This document shows positions 57,030 to 64,000 of a stretch of 64,000 nucleotides of DNA, one piece after another (positions within the stretch are counted from its first letter, which is position 1; every line of letters begins with the position of its first letter). A program made the position numbers and the translations under genes. The notes under the pieces were generated by a model. That model saw nothing but the letters and a program-made list of their open reading frames with translations. It had not been told where the DNA came from and did not search any database. Source of the DNA: an uncultured Clostridia bacterium (GTDB lineage: Bacteria > Bacillota > Clostridia > Christensenellales > UBA1242); the NCBI GenBank assembly GCA_934754375.1, contig CAKVHT010000001.1, forward strand, positions 24,532-88,531, in the 5' to 3' direction.

Positions 57030-57950
57030 ATGGCAAAAGTCGGCTTAATGGTAGATGACTCTGGTGCATTTACTGACGAAGATTTAAAAAAAGCAAAAGT
57101 TAGCAAACTGATACACACTCCATACATTATTAATGGTGAAATATATGAAGAAGGCGAAAATATGTCTAGGAGTGATTTTTTTGCGTTCTTACGTAATAAA
57201 AACACTCAATTAAGCACTTCTCAACCGAATATTGAAACAATCAAAGATGGCTGGAGAGAGATGTTGAAGGAGTTTGAACAAGTTGTTTACGTGTGTTTGT
57301 CAAGTGGATTGAGCGAAGGCTGTAACACAGCATTAAATGCAAGCCATTTAGAAGAGTTTGAGGGTAAGGTATTTGTTGTCAATTCTCAAAGAATTTCATA
57401 CATGAACAAAATTACAATGTTTGAGGCTAGCATATTGATTGAGCAAGGCAAAACAGGCAAAGAAATTAAAGAATATTTGGAACAACATCGTGCCGAAGCA
57501 GGTGCATATATTGCGGTTGATACATTAAAATATTTAAAGAAGGGCGGAAGGATAACACCAGCAGTGGCAATGATTGGTTCGATACTTAATATAAAACCAA
57601 TTTTGCAGGTTCATGGTGGCAAACTTGATGCTTATGGCAAAGTGCTTTCAATGAGGCAGGCAAAAGCAAAAATCATTCAAGCTACACGCAAAGAAGTTGA
57701 GGATAGATATCCTGAAGAATTAAAACAAGGACTTGTCACCATTTCAATTGCACACACTTTCGAAGATTTGAATGATAAGGACTTGTTGAATTATAAAGAT
57801 GAAGTTGTTAAAGCATGCAATGATATGAAATTTTATACAACTGACTCTCTACCATTGTTTGTGGCATGTCACACAGGGCCTAATGCATTGGCTGTTGGGT
57901 ATGCAATAGATAGGCTTGGTGTTAGAGAAAAATTTGGTTTGAAAGATTAA
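57030..57950 (+). CDS. DegV family fatty-acid-binding protein
   Basis: 306 aa. LSTSQPN, YLKKGGRI, and IKPIL motifs typical of DegV. Confidence 0.88.
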   Translation: MAKVGLMVDDSGAFTDEDLKKAKVSKLIHTPYIINGEIYEEGENMSRSDFFAFLRNKNTQLSTSQPNIETIKDGWREMLKEFEQVVYVCLSSGLSEGCNTALNASHLEEFEGKVFVVNSQRISYMNKITMFEASILIEQGKTGKEIKEYLEQHRAEAGAYIAVDTLKYLKKGGRITPAVAMIGSILNIKPILQVHGGKLDAYGKVLSMRQAKAKIIQATRKEVEDRYPEELKQGLVTISIAHTFEDLNDKDLLNYKDEVVKACNDMKFYTTDSLPLFVACHTGPNALAVGYAIDRLGVREKFGLKD

Positions 57951-57989
57951 TAAATATTAAATCAAAATTAAAAAAAATAAAAAACAACA

Positions 57990-58018
57990 AAAAAAAGGCA
58001 CATTTTGTGCCTTTTTTA
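57990..58018. terminator. bidirectional terminator (degV / RNHCP gene, convergent)
   Basis: aaaaaa-aggcac-atttt-gtgcct-ttttt. Confidence 0.7.
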
Positions 58019-58109
58019 TTGAAAAAAATTGTTTTTTATAGAATTTTTATCGATATTAAGTAAAAAGCAATTTTTAAATTATTATAAAACAGCAAATGAA
58101 AAATGCTAT

Positions 58110-58439
58110 TTATTTTTGAAATTTTTGCTTTGAATATGTGTGGTTCATCACAGACAATATGGTTTTAAAACTATCATCTTCAGCAGATTTATTGTTGTGC
58201 GTTTGGTTGCATTTTGAACAGAGATATTTGATTTTGTAGCCCTTTTTATTGTCTATTTGAATATCGATGGGGAACATCAAACCTTGGCAAGGATTGGCTC
58301 TGTCACCTGGGTTAATGTCTACATGTAGAGATGTTAAACAAAATGGACAATGGTCACGAGAAGTGTAACCCAAAGCAGGCACTTGTTTGCCACAGTGTAA
58401 ACATATAAACGAATTATCATTTTTTGTAAAAGTTTTCAT
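58110..58439 (-). CDS. RNHCP domain protein (zinc-ribbon-rich)
   Basis: 109 aa. FICLHCGKQV...SRDHCPFCLTSLHVD...PCQGLM...YLCSKCNQTH matches the RNHCP-domain Cys pattern. Confidence 0.7.
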   Translation of the reverse strand: MKTFTKNDNSFICLHCGKQVPALGYTSRDHCPFCLTSLHVDINPGDRANPCQGLMFPIDIQIDNKKGYKIKYLCSKCNQTHNNKSAEDDSFKTILSVMNHTYSKQKFQK

Positions 58440-58445
58440 GCTTTT

Positions 58446-58474
58446 AGTTTAATATAAATAAAATAGGTTGTCAA
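58446..58474 (-). promoter_or_regulatory. promoter TTGACA-17-TAAACT ending 6 nt before the RNHCP gene ATG (candidate leaderless start)
   Basis: Minus strand reads TTGACA-acctattttatttatat-TAAACT-aaaagc-ATG. No SD. Confidence 0.5.
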
Positions 58475-58568
58475 CATGGTTTGTGTTTTATTTATTTTAC
58501 AAACCGCATGATTTGTGTTAAAATAAAAGTACTAGGAATAAGTTTTACGTTATTTCAATGGAGGATAT

Positions 58569-59450
58569 ATGAAAAAGACACCTTTTATTGTAAAATTGTT
58601 GTTGTGGCTTGTTGGTACAATTTTGGTGATTGCTTTGGCAGTTTCTGCGGTTTGCATTTACGTAAACAAGAAGTATGGTATCAATCTGTTTGAAACATAT
58701 AATCAAGTTAAATTGCTTTCAAAACCTGTTGATGAGGCAACGTTCTGTGACAATAAATTTACAGATGCCGACATGGCAACTGCTCAAACAACAGTTAATG
58801 CTTCAGTGGCGGGTTTGATTAGTTATAGCGAAACTGACGGATACAAAATTTCAACAACAGGTTTGGGCGAAGATTCTATGATGTCTGCAGATTTAAAAAT
58901 CACAGATAAGCAAATGGGGGCTATTGCAAAAACAATAATTAATTCAGCCGAAGGTGGCATGACAATGAACTTCAATGGCGAAACAGTCCAAGTTGAATTG
59001 TTGCAAATCAAATTTGAAAATGTTGATAATTTAACTGGTAATGCTGATGTGAATATTATTGTAAAAATGGATATTTCATCGTTGCAAGAAAAATTCAATT
59101 CTTTCCCATTAAACATGTTTAAAAAATATATTCCAAAAACACTTTACATTTCATCCACAACAACCATTGAAAAGGGTGAAGGAAATTTTGCCTACACTGT
59201 TAAAAGCAAATGCTTAAAGATTAACAATTTAACTAAAGAGCAAACATCAAGCTTGATCAAAACATTAAATTTAGTTGCAAAAACAGGTACAGATGAAGAA
59301 TTAAATTTGATGGCTGGTGAACCATTTGCAAACTTGTTGATTGGTAACAGTACAAATACTGGTTTTGCATATTCACTTAAAGATTTGGGTGCAAAAGATT
59401 ATAGTTTTGAAACCATTGGCGAAACAAATTATTTTGTAATAAAGAAATAA
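58569..59450 (+). CDS. hypothetical membrane-anchored extracytoplasmic protein
   Basis: 293 aa. GGAGG SD. A single N-terminal TM helix. No recognised motifs. Confidence 0.55.
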   Translation: MKKTPFIVKLLLWLVGTILVIALAVSAVCIYVNKKYGINLFETYNQVKLLSKPVDEATFCDNKFTDADMATAQTTVNASVAGLISYSETDGYKISTTGLGEDSMMSADLKITDKQMGAIAKTIINSAEGGMTMNFNGETVQVELLQIKFENVDNLTGNADVNIIVKMDISSLQEKFNSFPLNMFKKYIPKTLYISSTTTIEKGEGNFAYTVKSKCLKINNLTKEQTSSLIKTLNLVAKTGTDEELNLMAGEPFANLLIGNSTNTGFAYSLKDLGAKDYSFETIGETNYFVIKK

Positions 59451-59530
59451 CGCAAATATTAATAAAAAAAGAGTAGATATAAAGTATTTTAAATTAAAAC
59501 TACACTAGATATTGTATAAAAGGAAAAATT

Positions 59531-60037
59531 ATGATAAACAAAAAAGTTGGCACTTGCTTTGCATTTGCATTGTTATTGACTATAGGCTTCCCATGCGGAG
59601 TTGTCTTGATAATATTGTGTCACAGCATACCGTTATTATTGACATTGGGCATAATTTTAACAGTTTTAGGATTCTATGGCGCACCTATGTTGTGGGTCAA
59701 ATTTGGTGAATATAAGTCAAAACAAAAGATTTGTAATCAAATAGTTTTGGACAATTTGCAAGAGGTTGAATACCTTGCAAAATTGAATAGTGTTGACAAT
59801 CAAGTTATGCTTGAAAAATTGCGTGATTTGATAACAAACAGATATTTGGTTGGGTATGAAATTGTTGACGACAAGTATATTGTAAAACAAACCGAAAAGG
59901 CCATAACCAAAAATGAAGCATTGACTTTGGCTGGCAAAACAGCAATTGTCCCATGCAAGGGCTGTGGTGCGCCTGTTGAAATGGTTGAAGGCGAAAAGGT
60001 GTTTTGTCCATATTGTGGCAGACCAATTAACAAATAA
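59531..60037 (+). CDS. hypothetical membrane protein with a C-terminal zinc ribbon
   Basis: 168 aa. Two N-terminal TM helices. C-terminal CKGCGAPVEMVEGEKVFCPYCG. Confidence 0.55.
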   Translation: MINKKVGTCFAFALLLTIGFPCGVVLIILCHSIPLLLTLGIILTVLGFYGAPMLWVKFGEYKSKQKICNQIVLDNLQEVEYLAKLNSVDNQVMLEKLRDLITNRYLVGYEIVDDKYIVKQTEKAITKNEALTLAGKTAIVPCKGCGAPVEMVEGEKVFCPYCGRPINK

Positions 60038-60122
60038 ATTTATTTACACAAATTGCCCAAATCGCATAATTTGTAATATGGTGAGATAGTGTTAAAACAA
60101 TCTAACCACACATAGGAGAATT

Positions 60123-60878
60123 ATGTTTAAATTGATGTTGGGTTTTTTGTTGCCATTTTTTGGCACGGTGTTAGGCTCGGCTGTTGTGTTTTTTATAAAG
60201 GACAAATTAAATCCAAAATTTGAACAGGCATTGTTGGGGTTGGCTGGGGGAATGATGATGGCAGCATCAATTTGGTCGCTGATTATCCCAGCATTGGAGC
60301 AAGAACAAAATTTAAAAAATATACCATGGTTGCCTGCAACAATTGGTTTTGTTTTTGGTGTGATGTTCCTTTTGATGGTGGAATTATGCTCAAACAAGTT
60401 TGATAACAAGCTGAAAGGCAAAAAAACTGGAAACATGTTGCTTGCAATCACAATTCACAACATACCAGAAGGAATGGCTGTTGGTGTGGCACTTGCGGGA
60501 GCATATTACGGCAATGAAATTTTAACATTGGCAAGTGCTGTATCGTTAGCTGTGGGCATTGCAATTCAAAATTTCCCAGACGGGGCAATTGTTTCATTGC
60601 CTCTTTTTGCAGATGGTAAAAGCAAAAGCAAGTCTTTCTGGATTGGTGTTATGTCAGGAGTGTTGGAATTGGCTTGCGCTGTGATAGCCTTCTTTTTAAC
60701 TGAATTGTTGACACCGGTATTGCCATATATTTTGTCATTCGCTGGCGGAGCAACGATTTTTGTTGTGGTTAAAGATTTGATACCATCATCTCAATCTGGA
60801 CAATATACAAATTGGGCAACAATTTCTTTTGCTGTGGGATTTTTGCTGATGATGTTGCTTGATGTTTGTATAGTATAA
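60123..60878 (+). CDS. zupT: ZIP family metal (zinc) transporter
   Basis: 251 aa, about 8 TM helices. HNIPEGMAVG and QNFPDG motifs of ZupT/GufA-type ZIP proteins. Confidence 0.85.
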   Translation: MFKLMLGFLLPFFGTVLGSAVVFFIKDKLNPKFEQALLGLAGGMMMAASIWSLIIPALEQEQNLKNIPWLPATIGFVFGVMFLLMVELCSNKFDNKLKGKKTGNMLLAITIHNIPEGMAVGVALAGAYYGNEILTLASAVSLAVGIAIQNFPDGAIVSLPLFADGKSKSKSFWIGVMSGVLELACAVIAFFLTELLTPVLPYILSFAGGATIFVVVKDLIPSSQSGQYTNWATISFAVGFLLMMLLDVCIV

Positions 60879-60935
60879 TTCAAAAGACATTACGTTAAAT
60901 GATGTCATTAAATGATTTTATATTTAGAAGCAATG

Positions 60936-60944
60936 TGATATAAT
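60936..60944 (+). promoter_or_regulatory. extended -10 element TGaTATAAT ending 6 nt before ATG 60951 (candidate leaderless start)
   Basis: TGATATAAT 60936-60944, aagcac, ATG 60951. No SD. Confidence 0.4.
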
Positions 60945-60950
60945 AAGCAC

Positions 60951-61562
60951 ATGAAAACAACAAATACAAATGTTGAAAAGATTACACTTAAAGCAAATAA
61001 GGGGTTAAAAGATATAATTATCATGGCTCTTATTTTTAACCTGGTATTTATTATCTGTGTGGTGTTATGCTGTGTGTTTGGATTTCACGCACCTTATTTT
61101 GCTTTGTTTATCACTGCACTTATGTTTGCTTACCACATTGACGTAAGATTGATAATTGGATTTTTCATTTCAAAATTTGTTAAACCTAAAATCAATGTTG
61201 ATAAAAAATGTTTTGTTGTAACGGAAAATGAATATCATAGGCTTGAAAAATTTGGAGTGAAAAAATGGAAGGATAAATTTTTAACAGTGTTTAAACATCA
61301 ATTTGTTATTCAAGATATGAAAAATAAGCAGGATATTGAATATGTTTTGCGTAACAATATAAGTGCGGAGATAATTCATTGGGTTTGCTTTTTTGTGGGG
61401 CTGTTGGCAATACTGTTAGGTTGTTTGATTTCAATCAGTGAGTGGTATATATATGTTATAACAGCGATTTTGGCTTCATTGTTGGCTGATGTGCCACCGA
61501 TATTAATTCAAAGATACAATAGATATCGTGTTCTTAAAATATCAAAAAGATTACAAGATTAA
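60951..61562 (+). CDS. membrane protein resembling the glycosyl-4,4'-diaponeurosporenoate acyltransferase (CrtO-like) family
   Basis: 203 aa. The block EYHRLEKFGVKKWKDKF...ISAEIIHW matches my memory of that family's Y..LGVKKWKDKLP ... E..H motif. Not verified. Confidence 0.45.
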   Translation: MKTTNTNVEKITLKANKGLKDIIIMALIFNLVFIICVVLCCVFGFHAPYFALFITALMFAYHIDVRLIIGFFISKFVKPKINVDKKCFVVTENEYHRLEKFGVKKWKDKFLTVFKHQFVIQDMKNKQDIEYVLRNNISAEIIHWVCFFVGLLAILLGCLISISEWYIYVITAILASLLADVPPILIQRYNRYRVLKISKRLQD

Positions 61563-61565
61563 AAA

Positions 61566-61596
61566 TAAAAGAGATCGGTTGATCTCTTTTTCTTTT
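61566..61596 (+). terminator. rho-independent terminator
   Basis: aaaa-agagatc-ggtt-gatctct-ttttcttttt. Confidence 0.7.
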
Positions 61597-61714
61597 TATG
61601 AAGCGCTCAAGTTATGAGTTGTACAAAAACCTATTTGACAATGTGGGACCCAATTGGCTTGACAAAGTTTTTGCCTTATCATAGTATAGAAAGACAATAA
61701 TTAAAAGGAAATAT

Positions 61715-62734
61715 ATGAAAATAAGTATTATAGGTTCTGGACGTTGGGCTTCAACAATGGCATGGCTTTGTGTGGAAAACAAGCATAATGTTCTTGTTTG
61801 GGAAAAATTATTTGAAGGCAAACAAGAAAGTGTATTCTATCAAACAAAGACAAACAATTATGTAGATTTGTCTAAAAGCAATATAAAAATGACTCATGAT
61901 TTGTCAAAGGCACTTGCATTTGGAGATTATGTTATCATATCAATTTTAAGCCAATGCGTTGATGAAATGATGCAAGAAATCAAACAAATTGCAGGATATG
62001 AAAATAAGAAATATATTTTAGCAATGAAAGGCATTGAACAAGCAACAGGCAGGACTTTGAGCGAGATTTTGCGTGATAATGGAGTGAACAAAGAAAATAT
62101 TTGTGTATTGGCAGGGCCAGGGCATCCTCAATCAATTGTTGTTGGTGAAAAAACACACATGGTGGTGGCGGGATATGAAACAGAAATGGCAAAAGATGTT
62201 GCCAAACTTTTGAGCAACAAAAATTTTAAATTATTTGCCTATCATGATGTTAAAGGTGTTGAAATTTGCGCAGCCGCAAAAAACGTTTATGGTGGTTTGG
62301 GCGGAATGTGTGTTGGGTCTCACAATGACACTTTGCGTGGTTCACTTATGTGTGCAAGTTTGGCAGAAATGGAAAAATATCTTGAAGCCATGCAATGTGT
62401 GCCAAAAACTGCCCGACGCCTACCTTTGTTAGGGGATTATGATGCTACTATGTATGACCTAAACAGCCACAATCTCACTTATGGGATAGAAGTTGTAAGG
62501 CAAAATACAAAAGACCCAACTTTGCCTTTTGTTTCAGTTGAAGGCAAACAAGCGGTTACAGGACTTATTAAACGTATGATAAATTACAACAATCAAGTCA
62601 GTGACGTTATGCAATTAAGGGCTTATTTAATGGAAACTTATCAAAAAATTGTAGATGGAAAAATCCAACCAAGCAAGGCAGTGGAACATATTGAAAAAGC
62701 CATAACAAATGTTTATTCTAACGATGAAAATTAA
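61715..62734 (+). CDS. gpsA: NAD(P)H-dependent glycerol-3-phosphate dehydrogenase
   Basis: 339 aa. MKISIIGSGRWAS dinucleotide fold, AMKGIE, and AAAKNVYGG, typical of GpsA. Confidence 0.85.
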   Translation: MKISIIGSGRWASTMAWLCVENKHNVLVWEKLFEGKQESVFYQTKTNNYVDLSKSNIKMTHDLSKALAFGDYVIISILSQCVDEMMQEIKQIAGYENKKYILAMKGIEQATGRTLSEILRDNGVNKENICVLAGPGHPQSIVVGEKTHMVVAGYETEMAKDVAKLLSNKNFKLFAYHDVKGVEICAAAKNVYGGLGGMCVGSHNDTLRGSLMCASLAEMEKYLEAMQCVPKTARRLPLLGDYDATMYDLNSHNLTYGIEVVRQNTKDPTLPFVSVEGKQAVTGLIKRMINYNNQVSDVMQLRAYLMETYQKIVDGKIQPSKAVEHIEKAITNVYSNDEN

Positions 62735-62737
62735 AAT

Positions 62738-62769
62738 AAAAAAGGCGCAATAGGTGCGTCTTTTTTTTG
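62738..62769. terminator. bidirectional terminator (gpsA / 149-aa gene, convergent)
   Basis: aaaaaa-ggcgca-atagg-tgcgtc-tttttttt. Confidence 0.7.
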
Positions 62770-62841
62770 TTTTACATAAGGGTAAGCATCATAAAATCTA
62801 AATTAAAAGTGATTTTGCCGTTATTTTTAGCAAAACAATGT

Positions 62842-63291
62842 TTACATAGTAAATATATCATGCTGTTGCAAATTGTCAATATCATAACTGGTTACAAGCA
62901 AACACTTTTCAGTGTCATTCAAATCTATCTTTTTAACAATGGCTTGCGTTTCAGTGATTTCAATAATCAATTTAAATATGGGTTTACAACCAAATTTAGA
63001 GTCATAGTTTGTTGCGCTGAACACTAAATTGCCATCGTTGTTGTAAAATTCAAAAGTTTTCAGTGGATTTTCTGTTCTGCTCAAATTTTCAATTAAAACA
63101 CCTTTTGGCAATAAATGAACAACGCAATGATCCACATATCTTACAAAATTTACTTGTCCATCTTTGATGTGGTACAGGCAGTCTTCGTAAGTGCCTTCAC
63201 GTACATCATGTTCTTGTTCTATTTTAAAATAAGGGTTAGATTTAATTTCGTTAAGATAAAGTTCGTACGAAGTTTTATTTTCAATTGACAT
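62842..63291 (-). CDS. hypothetical protein (149 aa), downstream partner of the NDK-like gene
   Basis: AAGGA SD. Starts 44 nt after the upstream gene with no terminator between them. No motifs recognised. Confidence 0.5.
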   Translation of the reverse strand: MSIENKTSYELYLNEIKSNPYFKIEQEHDVREGTYEDCLYHIKDGQVNFVRYVDHCVVHLLPKGVLIENLSRTENPLKTFEFYNNDGNLVFSATNYDSKFGCKPIFKLIIEITETQAIVKKIDLNDTEKCLLVTSYDIDNLQQHDIFTM

Positions 63292-63335
63292 ATATTTATC
63301 CTTTCATTTGTGATTTTTAAATGTTTTTGTTTAAA

Positions 63336-63959
63336 TTATAAATTAAAGGTGTCTTCGCTTGCGTTTAATGCATGAGTTGAAATATATTCTGAAATATCGT
63401 TCACAATATCTTCGCTGTCAAGGGTATAAGGGTTATGGTTTGTTGTGGCTTGTAAAAAGTTGGCAATTTCACGTTGTGCTTCGTTTACCTTGCCTGACAT
63501 ATGAATGCCGTTTTCTTGTATATCGTAAGGTTTGTCAAGGGCTTTAAAGCTTTCAAATCTCATAGTGCCAGGTTCTGGGTTGGCGGTTGAACCACAAAGG
63601 GCTTTTGCACCTGCAACACCCTTTGGACATTGGATAACAATTCCGTAAACTGGGCCTCTTGTCCAATATTCAACCAAATCTTCAAAAAATTTAAATTTGC
63701 CAGTTGGGTCTTCCATATACTTGTCATAAATTTCTTTGTAGTGAACTTTCACATTGTCTGGGGTATATACAACTGGTGCATGCAAAAGAACTTTGCAGTT
63801 TGCCCGATTTGCTATGTCAACAACCACTTTGGTAGTGGTAAGGTTTACCATATTGGTTTTTAAGCAGATGAATGCAAGTTGGTCTTCAGGTTTAAAGTTC
63901 TCATAGTTTTCAGTATTGATAAATTCCCTAACTTGGGCTAAATCTTTTGATGTGTTCAT
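63336..63959 (-). CDS. nucleoside-diphosphate-kinase-like protein (divergent, 207 aa)
   Basis: Blocks LVEYWTRGPVYGIVIQ, AKALCGSTANPEPGTMR and ENGIHMSG..NEAQREIANF parallel the NDK motifs (LV.YM.SGPVVAMV, GATNP..A.PGTIR, N..HGSDS.E.A.REI..WF). About 40 extra N-terminal residues. AAGGAGA SD and TATAAT upstream. Confidence 0.55.
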   Translation of the reverse strand: MNTSKDLAQVREFINTENYENFKPEDQLAFICLKTNMVNLTTTKVVVDIANRANCKVLLHAPVVYTPDNVKVHYKEIYDKYMEDPTGKFKFFEDLVEYWTRGPVYGIVIQCPKGVAGAKALCGSTANPEPGTMRFESFKALDKPYDIQENGIHMSGKVNEAQREIANFLQATTNHNPYTLDSEDIVNDISEYISTHALNASEDTFNL

Positions 63960-64000
63960 AATTTCTCCTTAATCTTTCCTACATTATACCCTAAATTTGC

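Noticed and set aside
60038-60122. Zur box upstream of the ZIP transporter (AAATCGCATAATTTGTAAT)
   Set aside because: It resembles only one half of the Firmicute Zur palindrome (AAATCGTAAT-N-ATTACGATTT), and the second half-site is missing.
1-64000. CRISPR arrays, IS elements or transposases, integrases, prophage blocks, restriction-modification or other known defence genes, rRNA operons
   Set aside because: I scanned ORF products and intergenic regions. There are no repeat-spacer arrays, no recombinase, transposase or RT-like ORFs, no terminal inverted repeats around gene blocks, and no rRNA-like sequence. The only mobile-element-like hints are the tRNA 5' fragment, the gene remnant at 24334-24543 and the orphan LRR pair, all reported as findings.

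Overview
AT-rich (about one-third G+C by eye), densely packed chromosomal segment of a low-GC Gram-positive-type bacterium (Bacillota/Clostridia-like). It uses the standard code: all long housekeeping ORFs are intact, with TGG for Trp and TGA/TAA/TAG as stops. Most of the window is core housekeeping: ftsK/spoIIIE, folD, one tRNA-Leu, pgsA, recA, recN, trxB, rmuC, rpmG-secE-nusG-rplK-rplA, dut, HU, typA, dnaB, metG, gyrB-gyrA, nrdD-nrdG, a Crp/Fnr regulator, an RlmD-type methyltransferase, degV, a ZIP transporter and gpsA. Between these sit predicted surface or envelope proteins: a ~2100-aa signal-peptide/TM-anchored giant protein, two paralogous GLUG-motif proteins bracketing the ribosomal-protein block, a BspA-type LRR protein with a 55-aa partner, and a TasA/camelysin-like protein with a SipW-type signal peptide. 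I found no CRISPR array, transposase, integrase, rRNA, recognisable defence island or biosynthetic cluster, so I cannot point to a self-contained novel system. The observations most worth a second look are: (1) a Cheo-type SOS box over a consensus promoter driving a 75-aa two-TM protein plus recA, where Firmicutes normally carry cinA; (2) a recurring -35/17 nt/-10/6 nt/ATG geometry without a Shine-Dalgarno that suggests several leaderless mRNAs; (3) a tRNA-Leu whose hand-folded anticodon is AAG (A34), plus a 31-nt duplicate of its 5' end; (4) a MetRS whose HIGH signature reads TLGN; (5) a perfect hairpin whose loop carries 11 nt of the Illumina adapter core, which may be an assembly artefact. 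All calls come from reading the sequence and motif recall. No searches were run.
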